From assembly GCA_902492015.1 (NCBI GenBank), contig CABUJR010000015.1, positions 3,950 through 35,949 on the forward strand: a DNA stretch of 32,000 nt, written 5' to 3'. The notes beneath the pieces were generated by a model. That model had not been told where the DNA came from. It made no database searches and was given only the letters and a program-made list of their open reading frames with translations. Position numbers and translations under genes: made by a program. This document shows, piece after piece, positions 15,761 to 24,475 of this stretch (position 1 is the stretch's first letter; every line of letters starts with the position of its first letter). Origin of the DNA: an uncultured Eubacteriales bacterium (GTDB taxonomy: Bacteria; Bacillota; Clostridia; TANB77; CAG-508).

Positions 15761-17568
15761 CTTTCTTCATTCACTCTTAAGGTTTCTGTTAAAAATTCAT
15801 CAATAGAATTTGCATTTACTTGAAAACCTTTTCCACTTGCTAAATGATATTTAGCTTTATAATATTCGGCAAGTTGTGATAATCCTTTATATTGTGAAGC
15901 AAGCAATACGTCTATTCCTGCTTTATTTTTTTCTATATAAGGAACAAATTTTAAAGGTTGAGATTTTACTTTTTCTTCTCTAAGTAATTTTCCGGCCATC
16001 GCTCGTAAATAACTAATACTCATTGATGAATCTTTTTTATCTGTAAACTCATATCTTAAATAATTTTCTTCTGTTTCATCTATCAATTCTGTTGGTAAAT
16101 TAAATCTTAGTGTTCTTTCTAAAAGCCTCTTGATTTTTTCTCTATTTTCAAAGGACATTTTAGCAATATCTATTACATTTCCATTTTTATCAATTTTAAA
16201 TGTAGCATAACCTCCTAAAGCTCCTTCTACAAGCCTTGGCATTCCATAATCTTCAGCTTTTTGTTGAAGTTCTTTTACTCTATTTTGTGTTGTAAATTGA
16301 TTTGCATTTGTTACCATAAAAAGACTTAATCTTACACCTGTTTTATCTTCATAAGCTTTTAATGATTTAAAAAACTCATTTACCTTTCTTGTTCCAATAT
16401 CTTTAGCTAAATTTGTATTATCTTTTCCAAACCAAAAAAATATTACTGGCTTTACTAATTCTCTTGCTGCTACTATGTTCTTTTGTAAAACAACTTCTTG
16501 TCCCATCTTTCCAGTAGAGCCTTCTTTTTCTCCAATTATTCTATCACGTTCAGCTTTTTCTTGAGCCTTTTTTAATTCTTCTATAGCTTTTCTTTGTCTT
16601 TCTTCAAATTCTTCAGCACGTTTTCTACTTTCAGCTAATTGCCTTTGTCTTAATTCTTCTCTTTCCCTAATTCTTCTTAGTTTTTCTTCCCCTATTTTTA
16701 AAGAAGTCATTTCTGCATATCTTTTTTCTAAATCATTTAATTCATTTTCAAGCTCTTTCAAATCACTTTGCTCTGATTCCGATTCTGACATATCTGAATA
16801 ATAATCTATTATTTTTCCAAATGATTTTTTTAAAGTCTTATTTACAATCGTCAAATTTTCAATTATATCTCTATAATCTTCTGTTGAAAAATATTTAGAA
16901 TTCATTATAAACTCTCTATATATTCTTCGATCTCCACTTTTTACTGAATGTTCTTTTTCTTTCATATATTCTTCAATTCTTAGCTTTTTACTTTTCTTAA
17001 AATTCATTAGTGACATTAAAAATGATTTACCAAAACAAAAAAATTCTCCTCTTATATACTGGTTTTCAAATCCATTATACATTTGATTAAGAAATACTAA
17101 ATCACGCATATCTTCATCTGTAAATTCTCCATCAGGTTTAAAAGCATCTCTCATATCTGCTATTTTTTGTATATCTAAAAATCTATAATATTTTTTTATT
17201 AATTCTCGTATTATAGTAAATTTTTGAGCATTAGAAAGAGCTTTAAACTTTTCTAATGAATATTCTGAAGGAACAAGTCCCATATATTTCCATGCTTTCT
17301 CGTTTCTTATTGATGTTACTAAATTTGTAAAACACTCTTCAAGTACTGTTTCTAAATCTTTTTCAAAAGCTTTTACTTTTTCTGGAGTTTTAGACATACT
17401 CAATAAATTAGTTACTTGGCTTGAAATAAGAAAATTATCTTGTATTTTACCAACAGCTCTATATTTTGGGCGACCTTTTAAAGGTCTAGCCATATCTAAT
17501 TTCTTTTTAAAATCAGATATATCTAAACTTCCATTTTTATATGCAGTTACAATTTCTTCATATTCCAT
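15754..17568 (-). CDS. Hypothetical 604-aa protein with a central Arg/Glu/Lys coiled coil, directly downstream of pcrA
   Basis: It is a long ORF in host-like composition that starts 12 nt after the pcrA stop. The central segment is ...LRRIREREELRQRQLAESRKRAEEFEERQRKAIEELKKAQEKAERDR... . I recognise no catalytic motif. Confidence 0.75.
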   Translation of the reverse strand: MEYEEIVTAYKNGSLDISDFKKKLDMARPLKGRPKYRAVGKIQDNFLISSQVTNLLSMSKTPEKVKAFEKDLETVLEECFTNLVTSIRNEKAWKYMGLVPSEYSLEKFKALSNAQKFTIIRELIKKYYRFLDIQKIADMRDAFKPDGEFTDEDMRDLVFLNQMYNGFENQYIRGEFFCFGKSFLMSLMNFKKSKKLRIEEYMKEKEHSVKSGDRRIYREFIMNSKYFSTEDYRDIIENLTIVNKTLKKSFGKIIDYYSDMSESESEQSDLKELENELNDLEKRYAEMTSLKIGEEKLRRIREREELRQRQLAESRKRAEEFEERQRKAIEELKKAQEKAERDRIIGEKEGSTGKMGQEVVLQKNIVAARELVKPVIFFWFGKDNTNLAKDIGTRKVNEFFKSLKAYEDKTGVRLSLFMVTNANQFTTQNRVKELQQKAEDYGMPRLVEGALGGYATFKIDKNGNVIDIAKMSFENREKIKRLLERTLRFNLPTELIDETEENYLRYEFTDKKDSSMSISYLRAMAGKLLREEKVKSQPLKFVPYIEKNKAGIDVLLASQYKGLSQLAEYYKAKYHLASGKGFQVNANSIDEFLTETLRVNEERE

Positions 17569-17580
17569 AATTAAAACTTT

Positions 17581-19908
17581 CTAATCTATAATCTCTAAAC
17601 CTGCAAATTTTGCCATTAGCCTTTTATGACCTGCTTTTTCAAAATTGATATCTACTTTTAAATCTTCTCCTTCTGTTTCTACAGAATTTATAATACCTTC
17701 TCCAAATTTTTTATGGAAAACTCTTACTCCTGCTTTATATGCACTTAAATCTATGTTATCATTTTTATTTTTATTAAGACTTTTTAAGAAGCTATCTGCA
17801 CTTCTAAATTGAAATGTATTCTGAGCTCCTCTAGATGATGCTGTTGCTATATCCTTATAAGTTGATACTGGACTATCATAATAACTTCCATATCCAGAAT
17901 TATTATAGCTAGAGCTTCTTTTATTTTCTCCATAAGACCATTCATATTCTCGTTCATTATATGTATTATTTCTATTTTCTTCAATTTCTTCATAACCTTC
18001 AAGCATATTAGCTGGAATTTCTTTTATAAATCTAGAAACTGCATTACAACTTGTAGACCCAAAAATAGTTCTTTGTCTACTACAAGTTAAAAATAGATTT
18101 TCTTTTGCTCTTGTAATTCCTACATAACAAAGTCTTCTTTCTTCTTCAAGTTCTTTTGGCTCTCCTATTGATTTATAACCTGGAAAAATTCCCTCTTCCA
18201 TTCCTACTAAAAATACTACTGGAAATTCAAGTCCTTTAGCACTATGTAAAGTCATTAATGTTACAGAATCTTCACTCTCTTCCATACCATCTAAATCTGA
18301 ACTTAGAGTAATTCCCTCTAAAAATTCACTTAAAGAATTATCTGCAGACTCTTCTTCAAATTCTACTGCAACTGTTAAAAATTCGTCTAAGTTTTGTAAT
18401 CTACTTTCTGCTTCAACAGTATTTTCAAGCTCTAAAGCCTTTGTATACCCTGTTTGATTTAAAGTTAGTTTTATTAATTCAGATACTTTTATCTCATCTT
18501 TTTTGGTTTTTAATTCTTCTATTGTATTTATAAATTCTCTAGTGTTTGCAAACACTCTATTTAAGCCATAATTATCGGCATTTTTTATAACTTCATACAT
18601 AGATATTCCACTATTGGCAGCAATCATATCAATATTATCTAAACTTGTTTTTCCAACACCTCTTTTAGGCTCATTAATTATTCTTGTTAAACTTAAATTA
18701 TCTGATGTGTTTTGAATTAATCTTAAATATGCAATTATATCTTTGATTTCTTTTCTTTCATAGAATTTCAAACCACCAACAATTTTATATGGTATATCCT
18801 CTCTTCTTAAAACATCCTCAATACTACGAGACTGAGAGTTCATTCTATAAAGAATAGCAAAATCTGCATATTTATAATACTCTTCCATTTTTAAAGTATT
18901 TATTTGTCTTACAATATAATTTGCCTCATCATATTCATTATCCCCTCTAAATACTTTTGGAAGATTTCCTTTCTCATTACTTGTCCATAATTTTTTTTCA
19001 TATTTTGTTTCATTATTCTTTATTACTTCATTTGCTATATTTAGTATATTTTGTGTACATCTATAGTTTTGTTCTAATTTTATAATTTTGGTTCCTGGAA
19101 AATCTTTTTCAAAATTCAAAATATTGGTAATATCTGCACCTCTAAAAGAATAGATTCCTTGGTCATTATCACCAACAACAGTAATATTTCCATATTTTGA
19201 AGCAAGTAATGTAACTAATGTAAATTGTGCTTTATTTGTATCTTGATACTCATCTACAAGTACATATTTAAATTTACTAGAATAATATTCCAATAAATCA
19301 GGATTATCTAGTAAAATTTTTATTGTGAAATTAATAATATCATCAAAATCAATAGCATTATTTTCTTTTAATCTTTTTTGATATATTTCATAAAGTTCTG
19401 CTATTTTTTCTTTTCTAAAATCTCCTTTTACTTTTGCCATATATTTATCTGGTTCTAACATGTCATTCTTAGCATTACTTATTTCATATAATACAGATTT
19501 ATCTGAATATAATTTATCATCTAAATTTTGAGATTTTATAATTTGTTTCATTAAAGTTTTTTGATCTGATGTATCAAATATTATAAAAGATGTATCAAAT
19601 CCAATTCTATCTATTTGTTTTCTTAAAATTCTAACACAAATAGAATGAAATGTTCCTATCCACATATCTTTTGCAATATCTCCAACTAAACTCTCGACTC
19701 TTGATTTCATTTCATTTGCTGCTTTATTTGTAAAAGTAATAGCAAGTATATCCCATGGTTTAACACCTTTTTCTCCCATTAAATATGCAATTTTATGTGT
19801 TAATACTTTTGTTTTTCCACTTCCTGCTCCTGCTATTACTAAACATGGTCCCTCTGTATTTGTAACTGCTTCATATTGTTTATCATTTAATCCTTCTAAT
19901 AAATTCAT
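17581..19908 (-). CDS. pcrA: ATP-dependent DNA helicase PcrA (UvrD/Rep superfamily 1)
   Basis: The ATG at 19908 lies 6 nt after aaggag; the track starts at TTG 19911. Helicase motifs present are AGAGSGKT, DEYQDTN, VGDNDQGIYSFRGA, TLHSAKGLEFPVVFL and YVGITRAK. The C-terminal tail is typical of PcrA. Confidence 0.95.
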   Translation of the reverse strand: MNLLEGLNDKQYEAVTNTEGPCLVIAGAGSGKTKVLTHKIAYLMGEKGVKPWDILAITFTNKAANEMKSRVESLVGDIAKDMWIGTFHSICVRILRKQIDRIGFDTSFIIFDTSDQKTLMKQIIKSQNLDDKLYSDKSVLYEISNAKNDMLEPDKYMAKVKGDFRKEKIAELYEIYQKRLKENNAIDFDDIINFTIKILLDNPDLLEYYSSKFKYVLVDEYQDTNKAQFTLVTLLASKYGNITVVGDNDQGIYSFRGADITNILNFEKDFPGTKIIKLEQNYRCTQNILNIANEVIKNNETKYEKKLWTSNEKGNLPKVFRGDNEYDEANYIVRQINTLKMEEYYKYADFAILYRMNSQSRSIEDVLRREDIPYKIVGGLKFYERKEIKDIIAYLRLIQNTSDNLSLTRIINEPKRGVGKTSLDNIDMIAANSGISMYEVIKNADNYGLNRVFANTREFINTIEELKTKKDEIKVSELIKLTLNQTGYTKALELENTVEAESRLQNLDEFLTVAVEFEEESADNSLSEFLEGITLSSDLDGMEESEDSVTLMTLHSAKGLEFPVVFLVGMEEGIFPGYKSIGEPKELEEERRLCYVGITRAKENLFLTCSRQRTIFGSTSCNAVSRFIKEIPANMLEGYEEIEENRNNTYNEREYEWSYGENKRSSSYNNSGYGSYYDSPVSTYKDIATASSRGAQNTFQFRSADSFLKSLNKNKNDNIDLSAYKAGVRVFHKKFGEGIINSVETEGEDLKVDINFEKAGHKRLMAKFAGLEIID

Positions 19909-19970
19909 CAAAAACTCCTTATTGTCTATATTTTAAGTTTTTTATTTATTTCACACAAACTTATGTTTGT

Positions 19971-19999
19971 ATTATATATTTTTAAAAAATTACTGTCAA
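19971..19999 (-). promoter_or_regulatory. Consensus sigma-A promoter for pcrA
   Basis: On the minus strand it reads TTGACA (19999-19994), a 17-nt spacer, then TATAAT (19976-19971). Confidence 0.55.
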
Positions 20000-20044
20000 T
20001 ATTATATATTAAATTAATATAAAAGTCATTATTTTTTTTATTAA

Positions 20045-20085
20045 ATAAAAAAATATCCCAACCGAACGGGACCTAGATTCGGTTG
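20045..20085 (-). terminator. Intrinsic terminator of the 20107..20682 gene
   Basis: The stem caaccgaa (20059-20066) / ttcggttg (20078-20085) has a G+C-rich loop. On the minus strand it is followed by ggauauuuuuuu. Confidence 0.65.
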
Positions 20086-20106
20086 AGATGGATTCATAAC
20101 AGAGTT

Positions 20107-20682
20107 TTATCTATAAAACAAGTAATTCTCTGTTTCATATACATCATAATTTGAACGTATGATGTCTAACATGTCAGAAAGCTCTGGCTGTTTAAAGGTA
20201 TAATAAAAATACTTCTCCCCATTGTTTTCGCTTTCAAGGATTTCTTGGACAAGAGTAATCTCCTCGTCAGTTGGGTCTGCAATTGAATTCCAAAAAGTTG
20301 GATTAATGAAGAACCAATTTTTCTGAGTAATTACTCCTTTTACAGAATCTGGAAATTCTTCCGATTCCATTCTTGCCGCTACCACTCCTGCAATAAGCTC
20401 TTTCTCTTCAAGCGTTCCGCCTTCATGATTAAGAAACTTTGCAAGTATTTCAGCATCTGTATCTGGCCATTCAATAGTTGCATCATACTCCAACTTAAAT
20501 CTTTTTCCAACATTGTTTTCAATAGTTTCGCTTACACGAATTACCTCCATGTTAGCATAAATGACTTCATGAATAACTTCTTTCTTTACTAGTGTATCTG
20601 CCTTAGGTGCTGCATAAACAGATCCTGATACTGCAAATAACACCAATAACGTCATAACTACAGCTGATAAAGTTCTTTTCAT
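20107..20682 (-). CDS. Secreted protein with a SleB/CwlJ-type cell wall hydrolase (Hydrolase_2-like) domain, in a moderately G+C-rich island
   Basis: I prefer the ATG at 20682 (MKRTL...), 7 nt after gagggg. The signal peptide is LSAVVMTLLVLFAVSGSVYA/AP. The domain signature is ILAKFLNHEGG...LIAGVVAARMESEEFPDSVKGVITQKNWF; compare SleB LLARLVYSEARGE...AVVLNRV.S..FP.TI.GVIYQ..AF. Confidence 0.65.
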   Translation of the reverse strand: MKRTLSAVVMTLLVLFAVSGSVYAAPKADTLVKKEVIHEVIYANMEVIRVSETIENNVGKRFKLEYDATIEWPDTDAEILAKFLNHEGGTLEEKELIAGVVAARMESEEFPDSVKGVITQKNWFFINPTFWNSIADPTDEEITLVQEILESENNGEKYFYYTFKQPELSDMLDIIRSNYDVYETENYLFYR

Positions 20683-20759
20683 TTTATTACCCCTCATATT
20701 TTTGGTTGATAGGCGACTTTCGCCTTTCAAAACTTAAAGTTACAGGTCCCGATATTATT

Positions 20760-20788
20760 ATTATACAACAAATCTTTATTAATTTCAA
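20760..20788 (-). promoter_or_regulatory. Sigma-A-type promoter of the 20107..20682 gene
   Basis: On the minus strand it reads TTGAAA (20788-20783), a 17-nt spacer, then TATAAT (20765-20760). The 18 nt at 20752-20769 are identical to 7358-7375. Confidence 0.55.
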
Positions 20789-20861
20789 ATATTGGAAAAG
20801 GCTTTAGATTTGGAAAACATTCTATAATATACTAGAAATCTCAGAAAAGTTTCCTATTAAA

Positions 20862-20890
20862 CAAAAAAATAGAGTAACTACTGTTACTCC
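20862..20890 (-). terminator. Terminator after the DUF1858 gene
   Basis: The stem gagtaac (20872-20878) / gttactc (20883-20889) has a 4-nt loop. The minus-strand U-run corresponds to the + strand A-run at 20863-20869. Confidence 0.6.
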
Positions 20891-20901
20891 ATCTTTCTAG
20901 T

Positions 20902-21084
20902 TTATTTGTTTAATTCTTTAACTAGTTCTTCTACATCTATTCCGTGAACATCACAAGCTTCTTCAAGTGTTTCTGCTTGTGAAGCTGGGCATCCTAAACA
21001 GTGCATTCCAGCTTGTAATAATATATCTGCTTTTTCTGGAGCCATTTCTAATAATTCTCCTATTTTTGTATTTTTATCTATCAT
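20902..21084 (-). CDS. DUF1858 / hybrid-cluster-protein-associated redox disulfide domain protein
   Basis: The protein is 60 aa with RBS aggagg. The family signature is TKIGELLEMAPEKADILLQAGMHCLGCPASQAETLEEAC. Confidence 0.8.
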   Translation of the reverse strand: MIDKNTKIGELLEMAPEKADILLQAGMHCLGCPASQAETLEEACDVHGIDVEELVKELNK

Positions 21085-21174
21085 GTTTATCCTCCTAAAA
21101 TTAATCTTTTTCTAACAAAATATTGCCTTTTTTGTTATTTGCATAAAATTTTATCACATTTTTTTCAAAAAGTA

Positions 21175-21203
21175 TAGACAAAATTTATAAATTATTGTAT
21201 TAT
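21175..21203 (+). promoter_or_regulatory. Near-consensus sigma-A promoter of the T4SS-like operon
   Basis: It reads TAGACA (21175-21180), a 17-nt spacer, then TATTAT (21198-21203). The predicted start site is downstream of the track's ORF start at 21195. Confidence 0.45.
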
Positions 21204-21233
21204 AAACAAAATTTAAGAAAAGAGGTGATTCCT

Positions 21234-21380
21234 TTGGAATTTCTTACAAACCTTTTTTTCATAAGTTTTGGTATAAATATATTTATAATCATTTATTTTT
21301 TATATTCTCTTTTTGAGATCATCTTTTTGCAAAATCTGCAAGGTTCTAAATTAGAATTCAAGAAAAAACAATTAAAATAA
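21234..21380 (+). CDS. Small single-pass membrane peptide (48 aa), first gene of the T4SS-like operon
   Basis: The TTG at 21234 lies 5 nt after agaggtga. It has a hydrophobic core (LTNLFFISFGINIFIIIYFLYSLFEIIF) and a Lys-rich tail. Its stop is 1 nt before the next start. Confidence 0.4.
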   Translation: MEFLTNLFFISFGINIFIIIYFLYSLFEIIFLQNLQGSKLEFKKKQLK

Positions 21381-21381
21381 T

Positions 21382-23109
21382 TTGAAAAAGATTTTACTAA
21401 AATCATTTTTTTTCATAGTTTCCTTTGGTATAAGTTTATTCTTAGTTTTTACAATTTTTAAAAACATTTTTGAAGCAAATTATTTATTATTTCCTTATGC
21501 CTTACATCCATTTGATATAGTTTCATTATATCCAGATACATGGATTTTATTAAAAAAGTTATATGTAATTTCTTTTTGTATATCTTATATAATTTTATAT
21601 ATCAAATTTTCAAATTTAGTTTTTTCAAAATTTTCAACAAATAAACTAAAATTAAACAATATTTCATTACTAGACTCAACTTCTTTATCTCTATTTGTTG
21701 GAATTTCTAATAATATCCCTATATTTATAAGTGAAAAAGGTCTTTATCAAAATATTTTAATAACAGGAACTATAGGTACTGGAAAGACATCTTCTGCCAT
21801 GTATCCTTTTACTAAACAACTATTAAAATACAATTCTTCAAACCCTTTAGAAAAATTAGCTATGCTTATTTTAGATGTCAAAGGAAACTATTTTTCTAAA
21901 GTTATAGAATATGCTAAAAAATTTAATAGATTAAATGATGTTATTTCAATAGATTTAACTACTGGATTTAAATATAACCCTTTAGATAAACCTGATTTAA
22001 AACCTATTGTCCTAGCTAACAGATTAAAAACTATTCTTACTCTTTTCAGTCCAAATTCTTCAGAATCTTACTGGCTTGATAAGGCAGAACAAATAATTGC
22101 TGAATGCATCAAATTTTGTAGATTATATAATGATGGATATGTATCTTTTTCAGAACTTCATAAATTAATCATGTTTCCAGAGTATTATTCACAAAAATTA
22201 AATATCACAAAAGAACTTTTTAAATCTGGTAGATATTCAAATTCTGAGGTTTATGATTTACTAACTTCTATTGATTTTTTTGAAAAAGAATTTTTCTCTC
22301 TAGATTCTAGAACACTCTCTATTTTAAAATCTGAAATCAGTAGAATTACTAATATATTTGTTTCTGATTACAATGTTTCTAAAACATTTTGTCCATCAAA
22401 AGAAGATATTAATTTTCATGGTTTTAAGGAAGTACTAGATAAAGGGAAAATTGTTGTTTTAAATATGAACATTTCTGAATACAGAAATCTTTCTAAAATA
22501 ATAGCAACATATTTAAAGCTAGACTTTCAAACTGAAGTTATGTCAAGACTTGGAAAAAATGTTTTTATCAGAAAATCAGCTTTTATTAGTGATGAGTTTC
22601 ATGAATATGTAACTTCAACAGATGCAGAATTCTTATCTGGCTGCAGAGAAGCAAAATGTATTAATATTGTTGCAACTCAGAGTTATTCATCCATAAAAAA
22701 CTCTCTAAAAGACGAAGCTTCTACTAAAGTAATTCTTCAGAATTTAATTAATAAATTCTGGTTTAGAACAGATGATATGTTTACTATTGAAGAAGCTCAA
22801 AAACAGATTGGAAAAGAAGAAAAAGAAAAAATTTCTACAACTATTTCTGAAAATGCCAAAGAAACTAATTTTAATTTTATAACAAATAAATTTTTTTCAA
22901 AGAATTCTAATTTATCAGAAAGTTATAATAAATACACACAAAATGATTATATATATGACACCAATTATTTTTCACAAACATTAGAAACTTTTAAAAGTCT
23001 AGCTTTTATTTCTGATGGTACAAAAATATTCAAACCAATGCAAATACAAATGATACCATATTATAATGAAGAAAATTTTATGAAAGGACTTAATAGAAAT
23101 GAAAAATAA
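21382..23109 (+). CDS. Membrane-anchored P-loop NTPase with type IV coupling protein (VirD4/TraD/TraG-like) architecture
   Basis: The protein is 575 aa. Two N-terminal TM helices span about aa 8-26 and 55-80. It has Walker A ITGTIGTGKTSS (aa 127-138), Walker B AFISDEFHEY, and then CINIVATQSYSSI, which matches the TraG-D_C-type pattern. Confidence 0.7.
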   Translation: MKKILLKSFFFIVSFGISLFLVFTIFKNIFEANYLLFPYALHPFDIVSLYPDTWILLKKLYVISFCISYIILYIKFSNLVFSKFSTNKLKLNNISLLDSTSLSLFVGISNNIPIFISEKGLYQNILITGTIGTGKTSSAMYPFTKQLLKYNSSNPLEKLAMLILDVKGNYFSKVIEYAKKFNRLNDVISIDLTTGFKYNPLDKPDLKPIVLANRLKTILTLFSPNSSESYWLDKAEQIIAECIKFCRLYNDGYVSFSELHKLIMFPEYYSQKLNITKELFKSGRYSNSEVYDLLTSIDFFEKEFFSLDSRTLSILKSEISRITNIFVSDYNVSKTFCPSKEDINFHGFKEVLDKGKIVVLNMNISEYRNLSKIIATYLKLDFQTEVMSRLGKNVFIRKSAFISDEFHEYVTSTDAEFLSGCREAKCINIVATQSYSSIKNSLKDEASTKVILQNLINKFWFRTDDMFTIEEAQKQIGKEEKEKISTTISENAKETNFNFITNKFFSKNSNLSESYNKYTQNDYIYDTNYFSQTLETFKSLAFISDGTKIFKPMQIQMIPYYNEENFMKGLNRNEK

Positions 23110-23452
23110 AAAATTTAACATGCCAGATAAAAAACATCTTTACATATTATATACTTTTATTGTTTCCATTCTTTTTGTAACTTGTTTTCCTTCCAATGTT
23201 ACAGCAGCAGATCCGAAACTTGTTACTACTCTCAATTCAGCTTTTGAAAAAATAGAAAGTTATATATTAAAAATTTCAACTCCTGCAGCAGCTGTTGCTG
23301 TTGGAACTGGCGTACTTATGAAAAAATTTAGTTTTGGAGATGAAGAAAAAATTCGTACTGCAAATAAATTAATTAAAGGAACTTTGTTTTCCTATGGATT
23401 TATTTTATGTATAGATTTAATCTTATCTATGTTTAAAACTTTACTATCTTAA
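23099..23452 (+). CDS. VirB2/TrbC-pilin-like small secreted membrane protein
   Basis: The protein is 117 aa and overlaps the upstream gene by 11 nt. It has a signal peptide ending NVTA/AD. Two hydrophobic helices (STPAAAVAVGTGVLM and GTLFSYGFILCIDLILSMF) are separated by a charged loop. The assignment rests on layout and context only. Confidence 0.5.
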   Translation: MKNKKFNMPDKKHLYILYTFIVSILFVTCFPSNVTAADPKLVTTLNSAFEKIESYILKISTPAAAVAVGTGVLMKKFSFGDEEKIRTANKLIKGTLFSYGFILCIDLILSMFKTLLS

Positions 23453-23487
23453 AATTAGGTAATTCAAAATTATCAGATTGGATAAAT

Positions 23488-24363
23488 ATGAACGAAGAAA
23501 ATATTAATTTAACAGAACTTATATTAAATTCAATTAATGAACTTTTTTCTAAGATGTTTTCATCTATAGATAATACAATATATTCAGTTTTAGATGAAGT
23601 AACTTTTATAAATAATAATATACTAGAAAACAATTCTTTTAAAAAAATACTTGGAGAATCTAGTCAAGATGGTATTTTATTAATATGTAATAGTCTAGTT
23701 TTTGGATTTATTATATATTATGCAATAAATTACTTATTTTCACATTTAACTTATTCTAAAATAGATTCTCCAAAACAATTTATTTTTAAATCTATAATTT
23801 TTATAGCAATTATGAATTCTTCTTTGTGGATTTGCTTAGAAATTATTAATATAATTTCGGCAATAACAGATGGAATTTCTTATTTATCTCAAAATTTATT
23901 TGATATGCAAATAAGTTTTTCCAGTTTTATAGATAATATAAATAAAAATCTTTATATACAAAATGAATCTTTCAATTTTTTCTCTATTGATGGAATAATC
24001 AAGTCTTTTACATCATTTGGACTAATTAATCTTGTATTTACTTATTCTTTAAGATATATTATGATTCAAATCTTTATATTATTAAGCCCATTTGCTTTTT
24101 TAAGCTTAATTTCAAATTCATCTGAGAGTTTCTTTAGGGCTTGGATAAAAATTTTTTTATCATTACTTTTAGTTCAAATTTTAATATCTCTTATATTATT
24201 ACTCTCTTTTTCAATAGAGTTAACTTCTAACAGCAATATTTCCAAATTTCTATATGTAGGAATAATCTATGCTTTATCAAAAGCTAATAGTTATATAAAA
24301 GAAATCTTTGGTGGAATATCTATAGATATAAAAACATCTTTTTCACCTAACTTAAAATCTTAA
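23488..24363 (+). CDS. Polytopic membrane protein (~6 TM), VirB6/TrbL-like by topology and context
   Basis: The protein is 291 aa with a ~60-aa soluble N-terminus followed by repeated hydrophobic helices. I verified no sequence motif. Confidence 0.4.
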   Translation: MNEENINLTELILNSINELFSKMFSSIDNTIYSVLDEVTFINNNILENNSFKKILGESSQDGILLICNSLVFGFIIYYAINYLFSHLTYSKIDSPKQFIFKSIIFIAIMNSSLWICLEIINIISAITDGISYLSQNLFDMQISFSSFIDNINKNLYIQNESFNFFSIDGIIKSFTSFGLINLVFTYSLRYIMIQIFILLSPFAFLSLISNSSESFFRAWIKIFLSLLLVQILISLILLLSFSIELTSNSNISKFLYVGIIYALSKANSYIKEIFGGISIDIKTSFSPNLKS

Positions 24364-24475
24364 TATTTCTATAAATACAAGCAAAGAAATAAAATATAAA
24401 TTTAATAACTGCAAAAACTTTAAACTCATATTTAATTTTAAAATTTATTCAAAACTTTAAATTGAAAGGATTTTT

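Noticed and set aside
21195-21233. Upstream TTG start (21195) for the first small ORF of the T4SS-like operon
   Set aside because: It would lie inside or upstream of the predicted -10 (21198-21203) and has no RBS. The TTG at 21234 has agaggtga at the right distance.
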